The position numbers were made by a program, and so were the translations under genes. The notes beneath the pieces were generated by a model, which saw only the letters and a program-made list of their open reading frames with translations, searched no databases and was not told where the DNA came from. This document shows, piece after piece, positions 21,313-34,924 of a stretch of DNA of 64,000 bases; within the stretch, counting starts at the first letter, position 1, and every line of letters begins with the position of its first letter. Source of the stretch: the human T2T-CHM13v2.0 reference genome, Homo sapiens; assembly GCF_009914755.1 (NCBI RefSeq), contig NC_060934.1. One strand, given 5' to 3'.

Positions 21313-21653
21313 CACTCTCTCAAACTGACTCTTCATATAGTGGCACCATATAGCTCTCTAGTTCAGCAGAAATAAACATTCTTTTGTCCAGTTGTTTCAT
21401 AAACTTCCACTACTAATCTCATTGACCTGATGTGAGTTGCCAGAGAGGATGAAAAATGCTAATGAGCATATCTGAGACTTGAGACTCACCCAATCCATGT
21501 GAGTAAGAGAAGGGTAAGTGTAGTTCTCTAAGGAAATCAGGTGGCATAATGAGGCAAAGCCAAGCCACGTTGGAACCAATGATGTTTCGTAGCTGGCACA
21601 GAAGGGGAGGTGAGTGAGCAGTAGGTGGTACACATATAACAAGCCCTTTACGG

Positions 21654-22330
21654 CAGTGGTCACAAGTTGGCAGCCCATGGTCCAAATACAGCAGACAGAT
21701 GTGTTTTGTTTGAACTCCCTGCTGTGGTTTGAAAGTGTCCCTTCCAAAATTCAGGTGTGGCCAATGCAATAATATTAAAAGGGGTATCTTTAAGAGTTGA
21801 TTAGGCCAAGATGGCCCCTGCCTCGTGAATGGAATTAAGGCCCTTATAAAAGAGGCTTCATGCAGCACTCAGCTCACTTGCCCTTTCGCCTTCTGCTGTT
21901 CCTCCCCTGCGGAGGATTCAGCAACCAGGCGCCATCTTGGAAGCAGACAGCAGCTCTCAGCAGTCACCCAAATCTGCTAGTGCCTTGATCTTGGACTCCC
22001 CAGCCTCCAGAACTGTGATAAAATCAATTTCTGGTTCTTTATAAATTACCCAGCCTCAGGTCCTTTTGTTATAATAAGGTATTTCCTGTTTTAAAAACTG
22101 GGAACTTTTTTTTATAGCATCCAGATTTCTGGCTACTCTTGAAAACTCAAGAAGATCTGGCAACACTGAGTTCACATTCTCACACAGGAACAATTGGCTG
22201 GAGCTGAGTAGCCTTAAAGAAAGAACATCCTCTGTAGAACGGCATCCCCCTCACTCCCAATTTTCTCATGCCTGGCCCAAGTCTCTCATTTACGTGACCG
22301 GTGGGCTCTATGGGCACTGAAGCCTGTGAC
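21654..22330. mobile_element. hAT DNA transposon (MER102-like) with an MST-type LTR at about 21722-22075
   Basis: cagtggtcacaagttggcagccc...atgtgttttgtttg and atccagatttctggc...aagatctggcaacactg flank the LTR sequence. Confidence 0.55.
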
Positions 22331-25249
22331 AAGTGAAGGGGAGCTCGCGAACTCCTAGCAGGCTCTTTGGAAAACCCACTTAGCCCTTAGCACCTCCCTG
22401 TGGCCTCTTGCATTCTCCTCCTTCCAGGTTTCTATTGTCAGCAAAATTTTGAATAAAGATTTCAGTAAAATTTTGAAAAGAAGTAAAGGGGCTCAGAAAT
22501 TTGGCAAAACTAAGTTTATACTTGAAAACTACAAAATAAATAGGTGGAAAAAAACGTTTTGCCACAGTTTGCCTCAAAGGGTTCCCACACCCCTGCATTA
22601 ACTAGAATACTTTAGAAGCAAAGGCGAATGACTATTCCTACCCCCTTCCTCTCTCACCCACACCCGCAAAGTCCTAGAACTACAGTCCCTTTAAGGACAT
22701 CAGTATGAATATTTTTGTTGTCTTCCTTCTCTAGTATTTTCAGAAACTTAACACATGCTGGACGTAGCAGGTGCGATTCTAATTATAATGTGAGTGGGAG
22801 TCCACCGAGCCAACTATTTCAGAAGGGCTTTGAAAGTTGTATCAGAGCATCGAGCTGGTCGCAGCATTGTGCTGCCTGAGCTGCAGCCCATTTGGGCATA
22901 GGTCCATTGACTGTCAGCCTCCTTCTGGCCAGTTAAACCCTTGAGAGCTAGGAGTGAGTTAAAAAGAAGGAAAAAAAGCCAGCACCTGCTCCAGCTTTGG
23001 CAAGAACCCTAAAATAGAGCAACCATTTCTCGTGAGAGCTGAACACAGTGTCTGCAGCTGCTTGCTTTCCTATCGAAAATCAATTTCTATCTATTAAATA
23101 ACATAAATAGGATAGCCTTTCTCCCTTTCAAATTCATCACTTTTTTTCCTGATTGAAGGAATCTTTTTGAGCACTTCCGTGTAGATTTGGAGTGAGTGGG
23201 GAAGGTTTTTTTCTTTCCCCTGTCAAAAACCATCAACCCATGAAAAAGAAGGAATCCACTTGTAAAGTTTTTTTTTTTTTTTCAGTTGACCACTTTTACA
23301 AGTAAGCATAGAGCTTACTGTTTCTTGTTTTAGTTTTCTTTCCCAGGCAAACTGCGGAAGAATAAATGAAAAATATACACGGGAACCTAATACTTCTCTT
23401 CAGTAAATACCCAGTCCTCAATAAAAATAGGCTTCAGTTCAGTATAATAGTACACACATAGAGAAAATGGCATGGAGAGAAAAAGGACAAGAAAGAAAAG
23501 AGGATAGAGAGTGTATGGTCAAAGATGGGAAGAAAGAGGATAAAAGTTGATCCCTTGATCAGACCACTCCCCACTCCAAACAACCTTGGTCCCTAAACTC
23601 ACCTTACATCCTAATTCTGTAAATGCCACAGCTCTTTAGCTTGGTCCTTGAGCCTTCCACACACTTGGTCTATTCAGTTGGGTTGTTGTTCACCTGGATG
23701 CCCTGATAAAACCAACCTTGTTTCCCCAAACTTGTCTCAATTCCCTGAAGAATAATAAGCACGCTCAAGGAGAACTCTTCCTACAATAGGTTATTCATCT
23801 TAATTATCCAGATCTTTTCCCAGAGTGCATACAATTTTATTTATTGTGTTTTGGATGGCTCATTCTTAAGAGTCCAGAAAAAGTATATTACCAGCTCTCT
23901 ATAAATGCATCCATTCAACCAGCATTTCCTGTTTTCCTGTTGAATGCCCTCTGAGATACTGAGAACTATTGGACTCAAGATGGCATTTCTCACCTCCTCC
24001 AACATAATTCTCTAGTAACCAGACCATTAGGCATTCTGTCAAAATATCTTGTACGTGGCCCTATCATTTCTTTTACTTAAGTAAATGCAAGTTGCCCATG
24101 GTGAAGTTAGCCAAGCAGAATACATCTTACAGGGAGAATTATCTATTCCTTAAACTTCACCCACAGAAAATAAGATGTTTTAGAATGTGTACATTTTTAA
24201 AATAGTTTGATTTGAAGTGCCAAGGAAGGGAAAATATTTAAAAATGAGTTCTGAAAGACAATAAGGCAATTATAAGTCATTATTAAAGTAAATAAACTTT
24301 GTTACTTCTTTCCTCTCACCTCCCCTTTTCACCCCATTGATTCTGCAGTGTCTCTTGGAAAAATAAAAGCACTGTACACAGAGAGAAGCTAAGGATAGAG
24401 AAATGCATTTTAAAGTCCATGAACTCAGTAACTTATCTTCTCTCTGCCTGTCCTTTTGTTTAGGCAGGGACTCAGAGTCAGCTTCCACTGTGCCTCTCTA
24501 TCACTGGTCTTGGAACCTTCCAGTTATATTAGATAATCCTTTTATGGCCTGGCATTCTTAGTGTCAAATACAATTACTGGTTAACCTGATGGCTGTCTCC
24601 TCTCATGAAGAAAGTTTTTACAAAACTTGCCAAGACCAGGTGAAGACTAGACCAGATCTAGTCTCAGAGCTCCAGGCTCCTCCCTGACCTCTCTCTGGTT
24701 CTGACAGCAATGACAGGGCAATGCTGCCAGCAGGCCTGGGTGAGGGAGACCCCTGCCCTGATTCTGTTTATTTTCTGAACTTTAGGCCCAGAAGTAAAGC
24801 CAAATGTCTTCTGCATGCTGTTGTGAAACCAGTTAATTTTCAGATCTATTATAAGGGCAGTGGAGTGATTTGCACAAAAATCATGCCATGCCTCTACTCA
24901 AAAGTCTCCAGCAAATGCCCATCTCACTCAGAGAAAGGCTACTACTGTCCTTCAGGGGTCTACAAGCCTCACCAGCACATACCCACCCCACCTGGCTAAC
25001 TCTCTAACTTCCTCTTCTTCCACCTCCCCCTTGGTCTCTCTACAGCCATGTGACCCTCTTGCTGTTCCTCCAGCATCTCAATCTTTTATTCACCAATGGG
25101 CCTTTGCATTTGCTGTCCCCTGTGCCTGGAATGCTATTCCCCCAGGTACCCACAGGCTTACTTTCTCCATTCCTTGCAGTCTCTGCTCAAATGTCGCTTT
25201 GTCAGTGAGACCTTTCTTGAAGATACTTCATAAAACAGCAGGAGCCCGC

Positions 25250-25770
25250 TCCCACAGTTCACATACCATACAATACACTCATTTGAAGTGTACAATTCAA
25301 CGACTTTTAGTATTAACAGAGTTTGCATCCATCACCACTATCAATTGTACAACATTTTCATCACCCCAAAAAGAAAGTCTGCACCTTTTGATCATCATTA
25401 CCCTCTGACACACCAATTACTCCGGTTCCCTAGCCCTAGCTGACCACTAATCTGCTTTCAGTCTCTATATATTTGCCTATTCTGGACTTTTCACATGCAG
25501 GAAATTATACAATATACAGTCTTTTGTGATGGGCTTTTTTCACTTCTCATAATGTTTTTAAGATTCATCCATGTTGTGGCATGTATCAGTACTTCATTGC
25601 TGCTTCTTGGCAGATAATATTCCATATGGATATACCACATCTTAGTCCTCTGCTTATCGGTAGATGAACATCTGAGTTGTTTTCACTTTTTGGCTATTGT
25701 GTATAATTCTGTGAAAGGCATTGTGAGCAAGTTTTTATGTGGTCATATGTTATTTCTCTTGGGTACATAC
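25250..25770 (-). mobile_element. Old L1 (L1MB-type) fragment within L2 remnants (about 24850-25990)
   Basis: attcatccatgttgtggcatgtatcagtacttcatt motifs; L2 3' motif tagaatataagctcc...gtgcctagc. Confidence 0.6.
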
Positions 25771-28700
25771 CTAGAGATAGATCCCCATCATTTGTGTTAT
25801 GCTTTATTTGAGCATTTGTTACCAACTGAGGTATTATATATTGACTTGTTTTCTGTTTTATTGCCTGCCGTGCTCCCACTAGAATATAAGCTCCCTAAAT
25901 GCAGGATCTTGACGTGTTTTGTTTGCTGCTTAGAATAGTGCCTAGCCCAGAGTAACCATGCAACAAATATATGTTATATGAGTGAGTCAAAGAATGCTAA
26001 AATCAGAGCAAACTTAGGGGGAAAAAACTATTAATTCAATAAACCAATCATGTGTACATTAAAATTCCACTTGTGGGAAGAAGTCTGGAATAACAACTTT
26101 CAGGGAAGTAAAAAAATTCCAGAACTGCCACTAGCCTGTGCCTTAGTCAAGTGACTTCCTTTTGGCTTCAGTTCCTCCCCTTTAAAATATCAGGGTAGAA
26201 CTAGTATTCCTGGCTCCTTCCAACTCCATGTTCCTTAGTGGTAACATAAAAATGAATAAGTGACTTGATTTGCTCACACAGGTATTTATTTTTCATTCAT
26301 TCATTCATCCCAAAAATATTAAGTGCCTTCATGAGCCAGACACTCTTCAGGTGACTCACTGTGCATATCAATATTTATAGTCAATTTGGATAATAATTAT
26401 ACCATTGCTGATTTAAATTTCTTTTTTAAATTTCATCAAATATAGCTGGGTTGGGCTCTTTAAAAATGAAAACTATCTCTTAATTATTTTAAGTTTTAAA
26501 GACATGGGCATAAACTGGAACTAAAAAAAAATTAGTATCAACACAATGTAAGTTTATTATTGTTTCTTGCTTCAGTATGTTCCAGTTTCATGCAGATACA
26601 AAATGCATCCATGTGCAGAAATGGAGAGGGGATAAGTGGGGTGAGGGATAAAACGTCTAGGTCAGACTCAGTGGCTGTGGCTTTTGCTCTATGGGACTAC
26701 AGTCTACATTCCGAGCACTCACCATTCACAGCTGCTACCTCTTCTTGTGTTTCTCATAGTCTTCATATACTGAAGGTTTGTCTGAAATGAGGTGAGCTTC
26801 TCTATTATTTCTTTATCCATGGAGTTTATTCCTCAATTTGGCATAATTCCTCAAGTGTTGAGGGGCAGGGGGAGTAAGAGAGCTGAAGAGTTTTTTTCTT
26901 CTATTGACACCATGCCAATGGGTAAGCTGTACACTCTGTCTCCCTCGTACCTTCGTTTCCTCCTTAGGAAGACAGTGGATTTAGAATTTAGATACCACTG
27001 TCTACTAGGTTGAGCATGACCATCTGCAGAAGTTAGAGCAAACCAAAGCAGAGAGGCCAAAGGCATGAGAGGTTCTTTTGTACAACGGCCTTGTTTTTGC
27101 TGGAGAGTTATGCTTGCCAAATTGCTGGCTATGTTCCTGGACCAAATATTCCAAAATGTACTTTGTCAGGAGAATTTTCTATGATTAAGTCCCAAGGACA
27201 GTTTTACATAATCTTCCCACTACATGATTTTAAGAAAGCATTTTGGGAGAGCAAAACGAACCTGGGAAGTAATACACAAATGCCTCATTCAACAAACATT
27301 TGTTTACCTGTGATGTGCCAGGCTCTGAGCAGGTGGTGGTTAATGTTTTCTCATCTAACCTGCCCTGATTCTCCATGAGATGAGGATCACTGGCTTGCTT
27401 TGTTTTACAAATGAGGAAACTGAGGCTCAGAGATGTTAAACAATTACCTCAGCTAGGATTATAAAGGTAATAGACAAAATCTATGGAACTCCAAGGAGAT
27501 CCTAGGAAATAAGTCACTCTTATGAAATAATTCTTTAAAATATTTCTTAGTATTTTATTATTACTTTAAAGATAAAAAAGAGTTGACTGTAAACTAGTTA
27601 TATGTACTGGTCACAAACAATGGAACCAGCTCTTGGTACTAGAGAAAACAAATCAATAAGTAAATAAACAAGCCTGGGAATTGAAGAAAATGTACGATGA
27701 AAGAATAAATCTTAGAAAACAGCAGGAACTAAGGGGTTCAGAGACCCTTAATAGAAACAAGCATTACCCTTCAAGATAAGTAGGTTTGATGATTTTCAGC
27801 CATTTTAAAACTTTTCGTGCTCTACTCCACTCAAATTTCAGAGAGTGAATATTGGAATGATTTAGTTTGGGACTTCTGCCCATGCCGTGGTCAAGGGAGG
27901 GACACTTGACATGTATGCTGAATCTATGTTATTTCTGACTGGAGGTGAGTATTGGTTTTCTTAAGCGAAAGCTGGGTGTTGTTATCAGGAGAAGGGAGTG
28001 GAGAGGCCAAGCGGGCAAAACAACAGATGTCCATGAACCTGGTGCCAGGAATGTGGCCTCTCCATCCCCTTGGAGGGATCTATGACATGGGTTTGAGGCT
28101 AGGGGCAGATATAAACCATGAATAGAAATAAAGATAAATGCTGGATCAAAGCTGTGGCCCAGGTCAGGAAGGGGCAGGCCTGAGCCAGGAGAGATGGATG
28201 ACAGAGAGGGCACTTGGAGTTCTGAGGTGTGAGCAGCTGTATTTTCTGATACGCACTTCATCTAGCCGCCTGCACCGAGAATGTACCACATGGTCAGTAG
28301 AATGGAATGTAGGGCAGACACCAGCCCCTCGGAAGCACACAGAAACCTGATATAGTGGCTTCAGCCGGATGCCTAATTCCCTGTGGTGTCCAACGAACGG
28401 AAATATGAGGCTGGCCAGGCCATGTGAGAGAGTAAGACCAGCCAAGTGAGAGTTATCAGGGCCGAACTGCACATTTAGGTGAGACCAGGGAGGTTAGCTG
28501 AGGCACAGAGAAACTGCCCCATTCTCTTTCTTAAGCGGAGGCTTACCCGGCTAGCAACAGAGAGGGGTCCTCGTTGAGGTAGAAAGTGCTGGCACCAGAG
28601 AGGGTAGAGGAAACTCCTGTGATAGATGCATGAAGTGCAGTCTCATTTGGAGCCAACAGCTGGGGCAAAGCAGCAATATGAATTACCAGATATAAGAGGT

Positions 28701-29175
28701 CAGTTTGAGACTGTGGTAAAGAATGAGGCAAGAGACCAGAAGCTTTGATAAGAAACAGGTCTAGAAACACAGTGGGAAGTAGGATGGCTTGAGAAAGTTC
28801 AGTATACAAACTGAACTGCCCAAGAAACCAAAGCCTTGTTCTCATTGGGTGCTGGTCACATGACAGGGGGCTAGGCAACCAATCAGACCACTTAATAGTA
28901 TAGAGCTGGGTTGGAAAAAAATAGGCAAATACTCTAGGTCTACCTGGGCACCTTGTCCAGAGAGGACATCCACTGAAGTGAACTGCAGGCAGGAAACAGA
29001 GGTCTGAAGGGGAGAAGCCAGGGTCCTACAGTCAGAGAGCCAGCCAGGTGGGCACTAATCAGTACGATAGATCCCTGCTCCCAATGCAGATATCCATCGA
29101 GGGAGGACACCAGGTTGCTGGTCTTGGTAATGTTTATTAAGTGTGAGCCTCTGTCTAATTGGGCAAGTGTCAATT

Positions 29176-29212
29176 CTTAATCCAGCGCCTTAGACCACTC
29201 GGCCACCCTACC
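29176..29212 (-). pseudogene. Tailless retrocopy of tRNA-Leu(AAG) 5' half
   Basis: Reverse complement reads GGTAGGGTGGCCGAGTGGTCTAAGGCGCTGGATTAAG (stops at the anticodon); 21-bp direct repeat at 29160-29180 and 29214-29234; no poly(A). Confidence 0.9.
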
Positions 29213-29259
29213 GTGGGCAAGTGTCAATTCTTAAAAGTGAGATGATATTTTCGTAAAAC

Positions 29260-29582
29260 AGTGGTTCTCAGCCATGGCTCACACTGGATTCATCTGAGAT
29301 TTATTTGTTGTTGTTGTTTTGTTTTAAAATGGGAGTGTCACTGTATTACCCAGGCTGGATTCAAATTCTTGGGCTCAAGTGATCCTCTAACCTCAGCCTC
29401 CCAAGTAGCTGGGATTATAAGTGTCACGCCCAGCTCTCACCTGGGATATAAACAGATTGCTTCCTTGGCTCCACTGGTGAGTGTAATTTATTTAGACTGA
29501 GGTGCAGCTTGGACTTTAGAAGGTTTGAAAAGCTCCTCAGGTGATTCCAATGAGCGCTCAGGGCTGAGAAGTGCTGTACTAG
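29260..29582. mobile_element. MER5A-like hAT MITE with an Alu monomer inserted
   Basis: cagtggttctca...aagctcctcaggtgattccaatg...gctgagaagtgctg; Alu monomer at about 29320-29435. Confidence 0.6.
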
Positions 29583-29749
29583 AGCATTGGGTCCCAATGA
29601 GCATTCATTGAGACATTGGCCCAGCAGGTTTTTGTTGAAAACTAGGTTTCTCATCCAAAAAAATTAGGGAGGTAATACATAAAGTATACATTTTTTGGAG
29701 ACTTAACTAATTCTGAGAAGTTATTCAGTAAAATAGCTTTTCCCCCCAC

Positions 29750-30990
29750 TTTATTTATTAAGGTAACATTTACATCCATATTTGAAGCATATGGTTCAAT
29801 TAATTTCAACAAATACATACGCCTAACAGTTGGGGAACCTAGATACAGAATACGGAAGTTCTTGTCCTGGCTTTGCAAGTTTTCTGTAAATTGAAAATTA
29901 TGTACATCAAAATTAAAAGCTAAAAAAAGTATACACTTGTAATACCACCGCCTAAATTAAGAGAGAGAACATTTCCATTACTCCACAAAGTTCCTGGTAT
30001 TCCTTTCTAGTTACCCCAAGACCTTCTCCAGAGGCAATCATCCTAAATGATTTTTATCACCATAGCTTAGTTTCACATATTCTTATAGTAGGTACTAGTT
30101 TGTGCCTGCTTCTTTCCCTTGATACAATGTTTCTGTTGTTTTGTGAATCACACTAGTTCATGTACACTGTGTGAACTAGTAGTTCATTCCCATTATAAAT
30201 AAAGCTGCTATGAACGTTCTTTATACCAGTATTTTTGTGGACATACTCTTATTCCTCTTGGGTGCAGCAAGGTTTTCACTGTGTGTGTGTGTGTGTGTCA
30301 AATAATATATATAAATATACAGATGCTGAGAAGTTCAACTAGGAGTGCAATTATAGCTACCAGTAGCTATCTGTTTAGCGGTAAACTCTTTTCCAAAGTG
30401 ATCATACCACTTTATATTCCTGTTATCAGTGTATCACAGCCAGTTCATATATTTTCTGATGCTTGGTATTTAAATCTTAGTTAGTCTCATTGCAGTTGAT
30501 GTGAAGTGGTACTATATCATGGTTTTAATTGCATTTTCTTGATTACTGTTAATGTTAAGCACCTTTTCATGCACTTATTGAGTGTTTATATATTTTTTAT
30601 ATCAAGTATCTCTTCAAGCCTTTTGCCTGATCTTTTTTAGTTTTGTCTTTTTTATTATTAATTTGTAGTTCTTTATATATTCTGATATCAGTATTTTGAT
30701 GTGAGTACTTTGTCAGATATATGTATTGTGAATATTTTCTCACAGTCTATGAATTGTCTTTCAATTTAACTATTTCTTTAAAAAAGGAAAACTACATCTT
30801 TTGATTAATGTTTTTAATTTTGTTGAAGTCAAATTTGTCCTGTTTTGATGTCCTAAGAAATCTTTGCCTACTTCATGGTCATGAAAATATTTTCCTACAT
30901 TTTCTTCTACAGGCTGGATAGATTTATCTTCCACATTTAGATTGATCACTCATCAAACAATTGATTTTGTATTCTACATGATTGTTTAAC
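29750..30990 (-). mobile_element. Old L1 (L1ME-type) fragments
   Basis: aataaagctgctatgaac, ggttttaattgcattttcttgattact motifs. Confidence 0.6.
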
Positions 30991-32282
30991 ACAGAATTTC
31001 CCAAACATTTCTGGCCATAAAATCTATTTCCCTATATAACACCTATCTCCATTCCAAGGAACTAACATAATGTACACTGAGAAATGACTGTTTTATTAGA
31101 GGAATCAGTGTAACTAAATATGTCTGGATACCATCAAATCCATTAAGTACAATCTGGGCCCAGTGAACAAGACACAAAAGGCAGTAAGTTAAAAAGAGGT
31201 TGTAACAGACTTGACATACCTGGGAGAGAACTCTTTTCAATTGAGCTTAAAGCCTATAAATACTCAAAATGTGGAAAATTAACAACTATCAACTAACTTT
31301 TCTATCAACAAACTAGGCCTTTATCAATAAGATGAATACCTTATTTGTAAGCCCTTGGGGGATGAAGACTATGTTCATTTATCTCTCTCTCAGCACCCAG
31401 AACAGTTCTGGGTATATACTAAACACTTAATAAATACATTTGCAGTTGAAATACAATATTTTATAAAGGATATACATCAAAATGTTAAATTATTCTTTTG
31501 ATGGTGAGACTACAGGTTACTTTTATGTTCATTATTTTAGTCTTTATTTTGTATTTCAACAATGATTGCACTACATATGGTTTACTAAACAGATCAACAG
31601 ATAAATATGTATCATTTTACTGTACTCTGTATCTTTTTTGCATTTTATATTTAAAAGTGAGCTTTGTTTATAAGAAAATAAACAAGGAAAAGTGCTTAAC
31701 ATTCTGAAGGGAAATCACCTTTAAGTTGTAAAATGAACTTCCTTTAAATTTTAAAAATATTTATATTTAAAATACCCCTTGGGAAAGACTATTAAGTCTC
31801 CATTAGGAGACAAGACAGAAGGTTTAGTCTCATCATTTCTTATTCTTCAATTAAGTAATTTAACATTAACACTAAGACCTTGGAGGTTGTGCTTGAATTT
31901 GAGAAACTAATAATTGATGGGACTAATGACCAGGAGCCATGATGTATGTTTTGCAAATGCCTACAGGCAGCAGCAGCAGATAAGGAAAAACATAACTGAA
32001 AGCTTTATAAAATGGGCGTGAAGTATTGTTTACTGGTGGATGAGAACTGAATATTTGGTCTGCTGCTTCAAAATCTAATTTACCTTGAAACATCAAATAC
32101 TTAGCTTCTAAACTGATGGTTGAAGAATACCAATAGAAGTAGCTCATTAAAATTCCCTCATCTCAAGGAATTCCTTTAAAAAACCAAGAATTTGTTTTTA
32201 AATTTTTATAATATACAGTGGCTCTAACCAAGGATAACCAAATCATGGGCCAGTGTATTTTTTGTGTTTAATCTGTCACTGA

Positions 32283-32582
<300 letters not shown>

Positions 32583-33519
32583 TAAAATGTCTGTTAATAA
32601 GGATGTTTTGACACAGGACAACTCATCACCATAAATGAAAATTTTACAGCGACACGTGAGAGGATTTCTTTTCACCTTAGAATGTGAAGCAGTTTTCTTT
32701 ACTTATTTTCTTACAAACAAAGCACACTTTTAAATCTACAACGAAAAAAAATATAGCATGCAGTAAAATGATATGTATTTATCTGTTGTTCTGATTTGTA
32801 AACTATATGTAGTGCAGTCATTGTTGGGATACCTAAGTGGTTGCTATTTATTGTTTTGATTAACATGAAAAATGAAAAGAAAGAACACTTTTAGATGTGA
32901 AAGGAGCATTGCAGATGACAGACTTCAGTAATTGCTCCAGCAGACTGCAAAGGGCTAGTTTTACAGCAAGAAACTGGATAACCTGGTTAAATGTTTCATT
33001 CATATGACCTATCTGATTAGGGGTGGGCTGGTTGGAATCTGCTGGGCCTGAGGTTAATTTCTCCCTCATAGCCTCAGACTATGACAGAACAACCTCTTCA
33101 TGCCCTGTGCTCCACTGTGGAATTTGTGATCCTGCCCCTCAGGTCAAAGCTATCTTAAAATGGCAAGAATAGCAGCAATACTGAGTGAGGCATTCAAAAG
33201 GAGGAGAGCTGGCTGGCCCAGGCTGCTGGCGTGAGAGAGAGATGAAGATGTTCTTGTCAAAAGCCCGGCCAGGATCTTTTCAAATTTATTATCATAAATG
33301 CCCTCATGCAGCCATCCTGCTTTCATCCAGTGGAGTGGGTGGGAAGCAGAGAATCAGGAAGAAATGAGAACACTAAGGACCTGGAGAGTGAGGAGGGCTT
33401 CAGTACAGGATACGCTTTCTCTGGATCTCAGATCTCAAAATGATCTAGGGCCCATAATCCCTGAGTCCTCATTTGGGTTCAATAAACTGACCTGAGGGAT
33501 CCATGTAAGTGTCTTCCAA

Positions 33520-34735
33520 ATTATTTTGAATACTCTGAAAAAAATACTCTCTAGACTCACACAACATTTCTAACACCAAATGTGGGGCATGGAGGGTTCC
33601 CCACACCAACCAAGTCTCCCGACATGGGGGTGGGGTGAGGCGGGGTCGGGGAGGGAGTGGGGTCCTACAATTTAATTCAATCCTGACACTATCTACCAGA
33701 TGAGTAGCCTCAGATCCCACAAGTGAAAAGGCTCAGTCCCACAGACTGCCCCTACTTCAGGTGCCAGATGAAAGTGCGGGCCTTCCTTACTTCTGACCAA
33801 TCCTCTATAAACTGAGGGTTTCTAAGACCCCCCTCCCCCCAGGTTTGATAATTTGCTAGAATAGTTCAGAACTCAGGGAAACACTTTGCTTACATTTATT
33901 AGTTTATTATACAGGGTATAGCTCAGGAACAGCCAGATGGAAGAGCTACACAGGGCAAGGTCTGGAGTTCAAGGTGAGGAGTGTGGAGTTTCCACACCTT
34001 CTCCAGGTGCCCACCCTCCCATCACCTCCATGTGTTCACCCACCTGGAAAGTCACCAAATCTTGTTGTTTGAGAGTTTGTTTTTTTTTTAATTTTTTATT
34101 ATACTTTAAGTTTTAGGGTACATGTGCACATTGTGCAGGTTAGTTACATATGTATACATGTGCCATGCTGGTGCGCTGCACCCACTAACTCGTCATCTAG
34201 CATTAGGTATATCTCCTAATGCTATCCCTCCCCCTCCCCCCACCCCACCACAGTCCCCAGAGTGTGATGTTCCCCTTCCTGTGTCCATGTGTTCTCATTG
34301 TTCAATTCCCACCTATGAGTGAGAATATGCGGTGTTTGGTTTTTTGTTCTTGCGATAGTTTACTGAGAATGATGATTTCCAATTTCATCCTTGTCCCTAC
34401 AAAGGACATGAACTCATCATTTTGTATGGCTGCATAGTATTCCATGGTGTATATGTGTTTTTAACAGCTTGAATTCCATTCCTCATCCCCTGCTGAGGGG
34501 TAGGTGAACTGGGATGAAAGTCCCAAATTTCTATAATCCTTCTGGTGACTGGCCCCATCATGACACTATCTGGGTCCCACTCTAAATCACCTCATTAGCA
34601 TAAACTCAGGCATGTTCGAAAGGGGCTCCTTGCAAAGAACCAAAGACACTCCTGTCATTCAGGAAATTCCAAGGGCTTTATGAGCTCTGAGCCAAGAACT
34701 GAGACAAAGTCCAAGCATATTTCTTTTTACACTAC
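33520..34735 (-). mobile_element. MER21-like LTR interrupted by a young L1 fragment
   Basis: caacatttctaacaccaaatgtgg...tcagatcccacaag...ggctcagtcccaca...caggaaattccaaggg motifs. Confidence 0.65.
34081..34458 (-). mobile_element. 5'-truncated young L1 (L1PA2-like) 3' end
   Basis: Near-perfect young 3'UTR: gctggtgcgctgcacccactaactcgtcatctagcattagg; poly-T at left. Confidence 0.88.
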
Positions 34736-34924
34736 ACTTTTTTTGATGATGGAACATTTATGCTTTCAGGGAATACATCTGAATTTTGGAAATAGCCAAG
34801 CCCATTCAATTCTAATCAAGCTAGACCAATGATGACTTTCATTTGGATAGCGTGTTTCATTTCACAAGGTGTTATCACAATGCCTTGTATTATTTAATCT
34901 TCAGGACAACTCCTGGAGCAGGTA

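Noticed and set aside
26963-27009. Short inverted repeat agacagtgg...ccactgtct
   Set aside because: 9-bp arms are expected by chance in 64 kb; no MITE or RNA-gene context.
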